From positions 1,050,001 to 1,082,000 of the forward strand of contig FP565575.1 of the NCBI GenBank assembly GCA_000091165.1: a stretch of DNA of 32,000 nt. Reading direction: 5' to 3'. Below, piece after piece: positions 15,535-24,573 of the stretch. Made by a program: the position numbers and the translations under genes. Origin of the DNA: Candidatus Methylomirabilis oxygeniifera. GTDB taxonomy: Bacteria; Methylomirabilota; Methylomirabilia; Methylomirabilales; Methylomirabilaceae. Under the pieces are notes generated by a model. That model saw nothing but the letters and a program-made list of their open reading frames with translations, did no database searches and was not told where the DNA came from. The stretch's first letter is position 1. Every line of letters begins with the position of its first letter.

Positions 15535-16137
15535 ATGAAAGAACGCCTGAGCGCCGAAGAGCGGCGGCGGCAGATTGTCGAGGCGGCGGTGGGGCTGTTC
15601 TCGCGGAAGGGATTCAGGGGGACCAGGACGCGCGAGATCGCTGAGGCTGCCGGCATCAGCGAGGCGATGATCTACAGGCATTTCGCGACGAAGCGTGAAC
15701 TGTACTTCGCGATTATCGAGACGAAATCCGCAACGGAGGAGCTGCTGGCGAGCGCAGCGACAGCCGCGAAAGGGAAAGATGATGCGGGCGTCCTTCGGGC
15801 GGTAGGCCTGAAGATGATCGAGCAGACGGAAGCTGACCCGAGCCTCATGCGGCTCCTGCTGTTCAGCGCCCTTGAAGGACATGAACTGTCCCAGATCTTC
15901 TTCGACTCGCGAGTCAAAAGACTGCATCAGTTTCTCAGCCGGTACATTCGTGGCCGGATCAAGGAAGGGCGATTCCGGTCGATGGATGCGCTGGTCGCGG
16001 CCCGCGGGTTCATCGGGATGATTGTCCATTATTTATTGATCCACGAGCTGTTCGGGATAAAACGCCCTCTCCGGTCCTCGCCGGAACAGGTCGTAGAGCT
16101 TTTCGTATCCGTCTTTCTGAAAGGGATCGAGCGATGA
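15535..16137 (+). CDS. TetR/AcrR family transcriptional regulator
   Basis: MKERLSAEERRRQIVEAAVGLFSRKGFRGTRTREIAEAAGISEAMIYRHFATKRELY; GAGGAG SD before ATG 15535; stop overlaps next ATG. Confidence 0.9.
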   Translation: MKERLSAEERRRQIVEAAVGLFSRKGFRGTRTREIAEAAGISEAMIYRHFATKRELYFAIIETKSATEELLASAATAAKGKDDAGVLRAVGLKMIEQTEADPSLMRLLLFSALEGHELSQIFFDSRVKRLHQFLSRYIRGRIKEGRFRSMDALVAARGFIGMIVHYLLIHELFGIKRPLRSSPEQVVELFVSVFLKGIER

Positions 16138-17357
16138 GATGCCGGTTCGTGGCTCGAAGTTGTGGGCTCCTACTGCTTCTACTGCCGCCCCTCTTGGGCT
16201 GTTCCCGGGAGCAGGCTGCCAACGGCGCCCCGGCCGTGGCGAAGGAGCAGAGCCTCGCGATTACCGTGACCCCCGTCGAGGCGAGGACTGTGATACGACG
16301 CGTAGAGGTCGTCGGCACCCTCGAAGCGGACGAGGAGGTGATGGTCTACGGCCAGGTATCAGGGTCTGTGGAGAGAATCCTGGTTGACCTGGGGGACCGG
16401 GTAAGGGCAGGGCAGCCGCTGCTTCAACTCGACCAGGCGGACTTGCAGTTGCAGGTCGGAAAGGCCGAGGCGATTCTCCGTCAAACGCGAACGAGGCTCG
16501 GCGCGATGAATGGTGGAGATATGCTACCTGACGATCAGCAGCCGGTGGTTCGTCAGGCCAAGGCCAACTCTGATGACGCTGCCCTGTGGTATGAGCGGAT
16601 GCGGAGCCTGTATAAGGAAGGTGCTGTCTCCCGGAACGATCTGGATACCGCCCTGGCGAAGTCTCAAGCCTTGCAGGCGGCGCTTGATAGCGCCATGAGT
16701 CAGGTCAGGGCGCTTGCCGATCAACTCAGGGAGCAGCAGGCCGCGTTGGACCTCGCTCGTCGGAACCTCCAGTATACGGTAATCCGGGCTCCTATCGATG
16801 GCTCGATCAAAGAACGAAACGTTTCCGCGGGTCAGTACATTGCCGGCGGCAGCATGCAGAATACTAAGCTGTTGACCCTCGTCCGTGACGATCCTTTGAA
16901 GCTGAAAGCGTCGGTGCCGGAGCGGTTCCAGGGACAGATCCGGCCGGGCCAGGAGGTAAAGGTCCAGGTCGAGGCCTATCCGGGCCGCGAATTCAGCGGG
17001 ACAGCGAAGCGAGTTGGCCCGGCTGTTTTTACCGACACTCGGACGTTTCCGATTGAGGCACGAGTGCCTAACCGTGAGGGGTTGTTGAAGCCGGGCTCCT
17101 TCGCCAAGGTGCGGATCCAGATCCGGGTTGACCGCGCCATTCCCTTTGTTCCGGAGGATGCCGTCTATTATTTTGTGGGAATCACCAAGGCGTTCGTGGT
17201 TACGGACGGTGTCGCCCAAGAGCGACAGATCACGGTCGGCGAGCGCCAGGATGGGCTGGTTGAGATCGTTGAGGGACTTCAACCGGGGGAGCAGGTAGCC
17301 ACCTCGCGCTTGAGTCAACTGTTCGGCGGCGCCACAGTTCAGGTGATGGCGAAATAA
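16134..17357 (+). CDS. RND efflux periplasmic adaptor subunit (lipoprotein, AcrA/MexA-like)
   Basis: Lipobox LLGC; HlyD-type motifs VYGQVSGSVERILVDLGDRVRAGQPL, YTVIRAPIDGSIKERNVSAGQYI. Confidence 0.92.
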   Translation: MRCRFVARSCGLLLLLLPPLLGCSREQAANGAPAVAKEQSLAITVTPVEARTVIRRVEVVGTLEADEEVMVYGQVSGSVERILVDLGDRVRAGQPLLQLDQADLQLQVGKAEAILRQTRTRLGAMNGGDMLPDDQQPVVRQAKANSDDAALWYERMRSLYKEGAVSRNDLDTALAKSQALQAALDSAMSQVRALADQLREQQAALDLARRNLQYTVIRAPIDGSIKERNVSAGQYIAGGSMQNTKLLTLVRDDPLKLKASVPERFQGQIRPGQEVKVQVEAYPGREFSGTAKRVGPAVFTDTRTFPIEARVPNREGLLKPGSFAKVRIQIRVDRAIPFVPEDAVYYFVGITKAFVVTDGVAQERQITVGERQDGLVEIVEGLQPGEQVATSRLSQLFGGATVQVMAK

Positions 17358-17359
17358 CC

Positions 17360-20300
17360 ATGTCCCTGATTGATATCTGCGTCAAACGGCCGGTCTTTGC
17401 CACGATGCTGATCGTCTCCCTTGTTGTCATGGGGCTGGTGTCATTCAGGGAGTTGGGACTCGATGTCTTCCCCAAGGTAGATATGCCCACCGTGACTATC
17501 ACGACGAGGCTCCCAGGGGCCAGTCCGGAGGAGATCGAGAGCAATATCACGAAGCGGATTGAGGAAGCCGTGAACACGATCAACGGGATCGATGAACTCC
17601 GGTCCACCACTCTCGAAGGGCAGTCGCAGGTCTTCGTGACGTTTGTCCTGGAGCGTAAGATCGACGAGGCGGCCAACGATGTCCGGGAAAAGGTGGCGAC
17701 GGTTGTCTCGGAGTTCCCGCAGGGCACCGAGGCCCCGGCTATCGAGAAGTTCGACCCCGACTCGGCTCCGATTCTGGCGATTGTTGTCTCCGGCAAGCGC
17801 TCGGCCCGCGAGATTACGGAGCTTGCCGACAAGAAGATCAAGCGGCAACTCGAAACCGTCAAGGATATCGGAGCGGTCACGCTTGTCGGCGACCGGAAGC
17901 GAGAGATCCAGCTTGTCGTGGATCCCCATCGCCTCGAGGCCTATAACCTCTCGATCCAACAGATCAAGACGGCTGTCCAGCGTCAGAACGTTGAGGTCCC
18001 CGGAGGCAACATCACCTGGCAGGCGCGGGAGCAGGGGCTCCGAACGCTGGGCCGAATCGAGCGGGCTGCCGACTTCAGCGATCTCATCGTTGCCGATTAC
18101 AAGGGCGCCCCCGTCCGGATTCGAGACATCGGCTCCGCGCTGGACGGCGAAGAGGAACCTCGAACTCTCTCCCGTCTTGACGGCAAGAGCGCTGTTTCCC
18201 TCCTGGTCCAGAAGCAGTCCGGGACCAATACCGTAGCTGTGGTCGATCTGGTCAAGGCGAAGCTGCAAGAGATTCAAGCGACCCTGCCGCCTGATGTGGA
18301 GTTCCAGGTGGTGCGCGACGTGTCGCGGTTCATCAAGCGCTCGATTGCGGAAGTGGAAGAGCACCTGATGCTGGGCGGGCTGCTGGCCAGCCTGATCGTA
18401 GCCTTCTTCATCGGACGCCTCGTGCGGCGAGAGCAGATCGTCATGGGGATATTGCTTGGAGGCCTTACTCTGGCGTTCTTCTATGGCGATCCGGAGCTAT
18501 TGCGCGTCGTCGTGGTCGGGTCGATTGCTGTGACCCTGGTCCTCTTCCTCTTCATCCCGCGCCTTCGGCCCGCCTTCATCGCCGCGATCTCGATCCCCGT
18601 CTCGATCATTGCCACGTTTACCATCATGCGGGTGGCGGGCTTTACTCTGAACAATCTTACGATGCTGGGCCTTTCGCTTTCTACCGGGATCGTCATCGAC
18701 GATGCCATCATTGTGTTGGAAAATATCTTCCGCCACATCGAGGAGGAAGGGCGCCCTCCGATGGAGGCGGCGGTGACCGGTGCGAAGGAGATTGTCCTGG
18801 CTGTTATGGCTACCACTATCTCGCTGGTAGTCATCTTTCTTCCTGTCGCCTTCATGGGGGGGCTCGTGGGACGGTTCTGGAACAGCTTTGGTCTGACGGC
18901 CACCTTCGCTATCCTCGTTTCGCTGCTGGTGGCGTTCACCCTGACCCCGATGCTCTCCGCCCGGATGCTGAAGCGTGTGGTGAACTCGGTCGAACCATCG
19001 AAGGAACTCGGCGAAGGCCATGGCGGACATCGACAGCACGATCAGGGATCTAAGGCGGCGCGCGTCTATGCCTTTCTGGAGCGCAACTACGACCGGCTCC
19101 TTGTCTGGTGTCTGAACCACCGGGCGGCCGTCCTGCTGTTGGCTGTCTTACTGATGTGTTCTACTGTGCTGATCGGTAGGCAGATGAAACCGGATTTTGT
19201 TGTTGATGACGACATGAGCGAATTCGAGGTGATCGTCGAGACCCCGTCCGGCTCCTCACTCGACCGCAGCGACGGGATCCTGCGACGGCTGGAGGCCGAT
19301 CTGAAGAGCATCCCTGAGGTGCAACACTTGTTTACCACCATCGGGGTTCGAGGCAAGGACCGGGCCAATATCACCGACGCCTCGATTTATGTCGGGCTTG
19401 CGCACTTGCGCGAACGAAGACGGTCGCAGGAGGCGATCATGCAAGAGGTCCGACAGATGTTCAGGGCCTATCCGGACCTAAGAATCAGTGCGCAACAGAT
19501 CGGGCTGATCTCAGGCGGCGGCTTCAAGCAGACCCCATTCAACCTCGTACTTCGCGGCCCGGACCTGCAGCAGCTCGACGGCTACGCCCAGGCTCTCATT
19601 AAGCGCCTGACCGCAGTCCCTGGATTCGTAGACGTAGACACCAGCCAGGCCCAGCGGCGGCCTGAGGTGCAGGTCTGGATCGATCGGCAGAAGGCGTCGG
19701 ACCTGGAGATCAGGGCGGAGGATGTTGCGCTTGCGCTCCGGACGATGGTGGGTGGAGAGAAGGTCGGTTTCTACCGGGAGGCAGGTGAGCAGTACGACGT
19801 CCGCCTGCGGCTCGAGGACGACTACCGGAAAGATGCATCCGTCATCTCGGCTTTGACGGTGCCGACCGCTGCCAACCGGCTGGTGAAGCTGAACAATGTC
19901 GTACATCTGAATCAAGGACGGGCGCCGGCGCAGATCGATCGCTATGCCCAGGAGCGACAGATCACGGTTCAAGCGAATCTCTACCAGATACCGCTGGGAG
20001 AGGCGACCGCCCAGGCCGATGAGGCCATCAAAGCGGTCGGGATGCCTTCCGGCTATTCGACCGCGTACCTTGGGCGGGGTAAGTTGATGGCGGAGGCATT
20101 TTACAACTTTGCCATTGCCTTTGTCCTCTCCATCGCGTTCATCTACATCGTCCTCGCAGCCCAGTTTGAGAGTTTCGTTCACCCGATCACCATCATGGTC
20201 TCGATGTTCCTGTCGATTCCCTTCGGGCTGGTGAGCCTCCTGATCGCGGGCCAGACGCTGAATATTTATAGCGTCATGGGCCTCTTTCTCCTGATGGGGG

Positions 20301-20662
20301 TAGTGAAGAAAAACGCTATCCTCCAGGTAGATTACACCAATGTATTGCGCGCGCGCGGCAAGGCGCGCGACGAGGCGCAACTGGAGGCTGACCGTGCGCG
20401 ACTACGGCCGATCCTCATGACGACGCTCGCGATTATTGCCGGGATGCTGCCGGTTGCGTTAGGGAAGGGGGATGGCGCCGCCTCCAGGGCTTCCCTTGCA
20501 ACGGCCGTCGTCGGCGGGCAGACCCTCTGCCTCCTGATCACGCTGCTGGTGACCCCGGTCATCTACTCGTACTTCGACGATCTCCGCGGACTCCGGGTCG
20601 TCTCGCGGCTGTATGAGTGTCGCGTGTGGGCGCGGCTGCGGGGAGTTGAAGACAGGGTCTAG
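17360..20662 (+). CDS. RND family efflux permease (AcrB/HAE1 family)
   Basis: 1100 aa; FPKVDMPTVTITTRLPGASPEEIES, GIVIDDAIIVLENIFRHIE, FMGGLVGRFWNSFG, GVVKKNAILQVDYTN motifs. Confidence 0.95.
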   Translation: MSLIDICVKRPVFATMLIVSLVVMGLVSFRELGLDVFPKVDMPTVTITTRLPGASPEEIESNITKRIEEAVNTINGIDELRSTTLEGQSQVFVTFVLERKIDEAANDVREKVATVVSEFPQGTEAPAIEKFDPDSAPILAIVVSGKRSAREITELADKKIKRQLETVKDIGAVTLVGDRKREIQLVVDPHRLEAYNLSIQQIKTAVQRQNVEVPGGNITWQAREQGLRTLGRIERAADFSDLIVADYKGAPVRIRDIGSALDGEEEPRTLSRLDGKSAVSLLVQKQSGTNTVAVVDLVKAKLQEIQATLPPDVEFQVVRDVSRFIKRSIAEVEEHLMLGGLLASLIVAFFIGRLVRREQIVMGILLGGLTLAFFYGDPELLRVVVVGSIAVTLVLFLFIPRLRPAFIAAISIPVSIIATFTIMRVAGFTLNNLTMLGLSLSTGIVIDDAIIVLENIFRHIEEEGRPPMEAAVTGAKEIVLAVMATTISLVVIFLPVAFMGGLVGRFWNSFGLTATFAILVSLLVAFTLTPMLSARMLKRVVNSVEPSKELGEGHGGHRQHDQGSKAARVYAFLERNYDRLLVWCLNHRAAVLLLAVLLMCSTVLIGRQMKPDFVVDDDMSEFEVIVETPSGSSLDRSDGILRRLEADLKSIPEVQHLFTTIGVRGKDRANITDASIYVGLAHLRERRRSQEAIMQEVRQMFRAYPDLRISAQQIGLISGGGFKQTPFNLVLRGPDLQQLDGYAQALIKRLTAVPGFVDVDTSQAQRRPEVQVWIDRQKASDLEIRAEDVALALRTMVGGEKVGFYREAGEQYDVRLRLEDDYRKDASVISALTVPTAANRLVKLNNVVHLNQGRAPAQIDRYAQERQITVQANLYQIPLGEATAQADEAIKAVGMPSGYSTAYLGRGKLMAEAFYNFAIAFVLSIAFIYIVLAAQFESFVHPITIMVSMFLSIPFGLVSLLIAGQTLNIYSVMGLFLLMGVVKKNAILQVDYTNVLRARGKARDEAQLEADRARLRPILMTTLAIIAGMLPVALGKGDGAASRASLATAVVGGQTLCLLITLLVTPVIYSYFDDLRGLRVVSRLYECRVWARLRGVEDRV

Positions 20663-20671
20663 CAGATTCTG

Positions 20672-20716
20672 TTGGGCCTGTTGGGTTTGTTGGGCCTATT
20701 GGGTTTGTTGGGTTTG
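20672..20716. repeat. 9-bp tandem repeat, 5 units
   Basis: TTGGGCCTG TTGGGTTTG TTGGGCCTA TTGGGTTTG TTGGGTTTG. Confidence 0.95.
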
Positions 20717-20739
20717 ATCGACCCTAGTTGGAGGCAAAG

Positions 20740-21021
20740 ATGGAACTAACGCGGCGGCAGGAGATCATGGCGATGCTTCGCGACGGCGAGTGGACGCTGG
20801 ATGAGCTGGCCAGGAACTTCGTGGTGCCCAAAAAGGTGATCATCGATGACCTCCAACATATCGCTCGCACTGTAACCCGTCCATTCCGCCTGCTTATTCA
20901 TCCGCCGACCTGTGATGATTGCGGTTATCGCTTCAAAGACAGAGCCAGGTTCAGCGATCCGTCCCGCTGTCCAATGTGCAAGAACGAACACCTCGCCCCA
21001 CAACGATTCCGGATCGCCTGA
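20740..21021 (+). CDS. Predicted transcriptional regulator, HTH domain plus C-terminal zinc ribbon
   Basis: MELTRRQEIMAMLRDGEWTLDELARNFVVPKKVIIDDLQHIARTV...CDDCGYRF...CPMCKNEHL; ATG 20740 preceded by tGGAGGcaaag. Confidence 0.75.
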   Translation: MELTRRQEIMAMLRDGEWTLDELARNFVVPKKVIIDDLQHIARTVTRPFRLLIHPPTCDDCGYRFKDRARFSDPSRCPMCKNEHLAPQRFRIA

Positions 21022-21064
21022 TACGCTGCACGCCGCTATCCGCTCCAGGGCCTATCTCTTGCCC

Positions 21065-21078
21065 TACACCCTACACCC
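21065..21078. repeat. Heptanucleotide repeat TACACCC x2
   Basis: ccctacaccctacaccctg between the HTH/Zn-ribbon gene and queF. Confidence 0.6.
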
Positions 21079-21152
21079 TGTCGTGAGATGCGAGGCGCCG
21101 AAGAAAGGCTTGGCGACGGCGCAGGAACTGTCTATAATGGCGGACAACAGCC

Positions 21153-21518
21153 ATGCCCACCCAACCATCAAAAGCGCTTGACACATTTGCCAATCCGGAA
21201 CCGGGGCGCGATTATGAGATTCGGATGATCTGCCCCGAGTTTACCTGCCTCTGCCCGAAGACCGGCCAACCGGATTTCGCGACCCTCACGCTGACCTATG
21301 TCCCGGACCGGTTGTGTATCGAGTTGAAGTCGCTCAAGCTCTATCTCTGGTCCTTCCGGAACGAGGGCCACTTCCATGAGGCCGTAACCAACCGGATCCT
21401 GGACGACCTCGTGAAGGCATGCCGGCCGCGCTCCATGAAGTTGATCGCCGACTTCTATATTCGAGGCGGCATCCATACGATCATTACCGTGACGCATCAG
21501 ACTGACGACCGAAGGTGA
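21153..21518 (+). CDS. queF: NADPH-dependent 7-cyano-7-deazaguanine reductase QueF
   Basis: [62 protein letters not shown]; QueF hallmark motifs. Confidence 0.93.
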   Translation: MPTQPSKALDTFANPEPGRDYEIRMICPEFTCLCPKTGQPDFATLTLTYVPDRLCIELKSLKLYLWSFRNEGHFHEAVTNRILDDLVKACRPRSMKLIADFYIRGGIHTIITVTHQTDDRR

Positions 21519-21720
21519 TCTTTGGTGCCGGTCGTCGATGATGGGGCTATACCGCTTGAGCTTCTAACCCGACGGTAGCCAGACGGCCCGGTGTCAAGCT
21601 ATCCGGACTACCTCTCTCTGAGACTCCGCGACATTTCGGCCATCGCAACACTTCCTATCCTGAAGGCAACATCTAATCTAACGTCAGTATTCTCAATCGC
21701 ATAAGAGCGTTAGAAACCAT

Positions 21721-21749
21721 TTGACATCGTATGCTTGAATACCCTATTG
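21721..21749 (+). promoter_or_regulatory. Possible promoter of the TonB receptor/YfiR/kinase operon
   Basis: TTGACA at 21721 - 17 nt - CTATTG (weak -10). Confidence 0.3.
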
Positions 21750-21908
21750 TTTTCTTTCTCCAGATAAGTGTAACGACGCGTCGAAAATAATATCGGCCCT
21801 TCTGCGATCCGTCTGAGGCAGAGCGCCTGTTGATTCGGGATATGGAGGGACAAGGGTCTCTCAAGGGATGACCGGGCTCAGCATTGTGCGCCGGCGCGGC
21901 TAAAGGGG

Positions 21909-23996
21909 GTGAACATGACCGAGTGTAAGCGACTGTCCCGGAAGCGAGCCGGACGTCGGACGATCCTCGTGAGTCGGCCGATAGCCTGGGCGGCATGGAC
22001 GTTCGTGCTGACGTGGATTCTTATTGTCGGATCGGCTCACACCGCTTCCGCGGCTGTGAACCACCCAGGGGATCTGACGGAGCTCACGCTCGAACAGTTG
22101 ATGAACGTCGAGATCACGTCGGTCTCCAAGAAAGAAGAGCGGTTGTGGGAGAGCGCCGCGGCCGTGTTTGTCATCACCGGAGAGGATATCCGCCGCGCAG
22201 GGGTCAAGAGCATCCCGGAGGCGTTGCGCCTGGCGCCCGGCCTTCAGGTGGCCCAGTTCGGTTCAAACCGATGGGCCATCTCCGCTCGCGGCTTCAATGC
22301 GACCTTTTCGAATAAACTCCTGGTTCTGATAGATGGACGGAGCGTCTATACACCGCTGTTCGCCGGGGTCTTCTGGGATGTGCAGGATACCCTCCTGGAG
22401 GATATCGACCGGATCGAGGTCATCCGCGGACCTGGCGGGACACTCTGGGGCGCCAATGCGGTCAACGGTGTCATCAACGTCATCACGAAACGGGCGAAGG
22501 CCACACAGGGAGGCTACGTCGAGATCGGCGGGGGAAGCGAGGAACGCGGGTTCGTGGGAACGCGCTACGGCGGACAGGTGGGGGAAGATCTCTTCTATCG
22601 GGGCTACTTTAAGTACGCGAATCACGACAACCTGGTGACCGCCACCGGCCACGAGGGTAACGACGACTGGAGAACATACCGGGGCGGCTTCCGACTCGAC
22701 TGGGAGCCTTCCACTCGCGATACGCTGACGGTTCAGGGCGATCTGTATAAGGGCGATTTCGGTCAGACGCTTCCGGTTTCCTCCCTCTCTCCTCCTTTTA
22801 CGGTCAGCTCGGACAGTCGGGACGACTTTGCGGGAGGCAATGTCCTGACTCGCTGGAAACATAAGATGGCGGATCGTCGGGAGACAACCCTCCAGTTTTA
22901 TTACGACCGGACCCATCGTGACGAACTGCTGTTCCACGAGATACGGGATACCGTCGATCTCGAGTTTCAGTACCGCTTCCCCATCGGGACACGCCACGAC
23001 CTGATCTGGGGTATAGACACGCGCGTGACGATCGATGACATGAACAATAGTTCCTCGCTGGTCTTCACGCCGACCCACAGAACCGATCACCTGGTGAGCG
23101 GATTTATCCAGGACCAGATCGCGCTGATTCCGGATCGGCTGACACTGACCCTCGGGTCGAAGTTTGAGCATAACCCGTACTCCGGTTTCGAAGCCCAGCC
23201 GAACGCGCGGCTGCTGTACTCCCCCAACGAGTGGAATCGGGTCTGGGCTGCAATCTCGCGGGCAGTCCGGACACCCGCCCGATTCGAGCGAGATGTCCGG
23301 GTCAATGCGGCCGCCTTTCCTGGCCCTGGTGGGCTTCCTGTACTCGTCCAAACGATGGGCAACTCCGACTTTACCTCTGAGGAACTGCTGGCCTTCGAGT
23401 TGGGCTACCGGGTGCAGCCGAGCGAGTGGCTGTCAGTCGATTTGACCGGCTTCTACACGATCTACGATAAACTGAGGACGGCCGAACCCGGCGCCCCTAT
23501 CCCCGCGATGGACGCCACTCCCCCTCACGTCATCCAGCCCTTCCTATTCGACAACCGGATGTCCGGGAATACCTATGGTGTCGAGATCACCAGTGCCTGG
23601 CACCCTGTGAGCTTCTGGCGCCTGCATCTCAACTACTCCTACCTGAAGATCGATCTCCACCCCGATGCGACCAGTGTCGAGGGGACACAAGACCAGAGAC
23701 GTTCGCCGCGCCATCAGGTACAGGTGCGCTCTCTGCTCGACCTGCCCTGGCATCTTCAGTTTGATGCGTCGGCATTCTTTGTCGATCGCTTGCCTAAGTT
23801 GGAGCCGACTGTTCCGGCCTACCTGCGACTCGATCTCCGTCTGGGGTGGCGGCCGACGAACGCGTTCGAGCTGAGCCTGGTCGGCCAGAACCTCCTGGAT
23901 AACCGACACCCGGAGTGGGGGAGCATCTTCGGTGTTCCTGTGAGGCCGCTGGAGGTCCAGCGCAGCGTCTATGTGCAGGCGTCCTGGCGGTTCTGA
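21909..23996 (+). CDS. TonB-dependent receptor
   Basis: Plug domain LTLEQLMNVEITSVSKKEERLWESAAAVFVITGEDIRRAG...IEVIRGPGGTLWGANAVNGVINVITK; C-terminal aromatic beta strand ending WRF; alternative start ATG 21915. Confidence 0.9.
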   Translation: MNMTECKRLSRKRAGRRTILVSRPIAWAAWTFVLTWILIVGSAHTASAAVNHPGDLTELTLEQLMNVEITSVSKKEERLWESAAAVFVITGEDIRRAGVKSIPEALRLAPGLQVAQFGSNRWAISARGFNATFSNKLLVLIDGRSVYTPLFAGVFWDVQDTLLEDIDRIEVIRGPGGTLWGANAVNGVINVITKRAKATQGGYVEIGGGSEERGFVGTRYGGQVGEDLFYRGYFKYANHDNLVTATGHEGNDDWRTYRGGFRLDWEPSTRDTLTVQGDLYKGDFGQTLPVSSLSPPFTVSSDSRDDFAGGNVLTRWKHKMADRRETTLQFYYDRTHRDELLFHEIRDTVDLEFQYRFPIGTRHDLIWGIDTRVTIDDMNNSSSLVFTPTHRTDHLVSGFIQDQIALIPDRLTLTLGSKFEHNPYSGFEAQPNARLLYSPNEWNRVWAAISRAVRTPARFERDVRVNAAAFPGPGGLPVLVQTMGNSDFTSEELLAFELGYRVQPSEWLSVDLTGFYTIYDKLRTAEPGAPIPAMDATPPHVIQPFLFDNRMSGNTYGVEITSAWHPVSFWRLHLNYSYLKIDLHPDATSVEGTQDQRRSPRHQVQVRSLLDLPWHLQFDASAFFVDRLPKLEPTVPAYLRLDLRLGWRPTNAFELSLVGQNLLDNRHPEWGSIFGVPVRPLEVQRSVYVQASWRF

Positions 23997-23999
23997 TCT

Positions 24000-24572
24000 G
24001 TGATCAGGCGGCCTGTCTTTACCCGTATTCTACTGCTCTGCCTGTTCGTTGCGGCAAGCGGCGTGGACGCGTTCGGTCCCATAAGGAGCGCTTTTGCGCA
24101 GTCGTCCCCTCTCGAATACCAGGTCAAGGCGGCCTTTCTGTATCAGTTCTCTAAATTCGTCGAGTGGCCTCCGCAGGCCTTCGGTGTCTCGCAATACACC
24201 ATCTGCATTGGCGTGGTTAACGGCGGTTCGATGGCGAGCGCGCTTCAATCGATTGAGGGCAAGGAAACGAAGGGTCGTCGGGTCGTTGTGAAACAGTTCA
24301 AGACGCCGGACGAACTGGAGTTCTGCCATATCTTGTACATCAGCCCCGCAATGGCAGGTCGATTGGCGGAGATTCTGGAGCGACTCAAAGGGACCAGCAC
24401 ATTGACGGTCAGCGACATCGACGGATTTGCCAGACGAGGCGGAATGATCAACTTTATCATGGTCGAGAACCAGATCCAGTTCGAGATCAATGTTGAGACC
24501 GCTGAGAAGGCGAATTTGCAAATCAGTTCGCATCTGCTCCGGCTGGCGCGAATCGTGCCGAGGGGACGGTAA
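24000..24572 (+). CDS. YfiR family (DUF4154) periplasmic protein
   Basis: Signal peptide then LEYQVKAAFLYQFSKFVEWPPQAF...FCHILYIS...TLTVSDIDGFARRGGMINFIMVENQIQFEIN. Confidence 0.88.
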   Translation: MIRRPVFTRILLLCLFVAASGVDAFGPIRSAFAQSSPLEYQVKAAFLYQFSKFVEWPPQAFGVSQYTICIGVVNGGSMASALQSIEGKETKGRRVVVKQFKTPDELEFCHILYISPAMAGRLAEILERLKGTSTLTVSDIDGFARRGGMINFIMVENQIQFEINVETAEKANLQISSHLLRLARIVPRGR

Positions 24573-24573
24573 T

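Noticed and set aside
19511-20380. 289-aa minus-strand ORF opposite the RND permease
   Set aside because: Antisense shadow ORF in a conserved permease gene.
22263-23351. 362-aa minus-strand ORF opposite the TonB receptor
   Set aside because: Antisense shadow of a clearly coding GC-rich gene; Arg/His/Pro/Val-rich, no recognisable motif.
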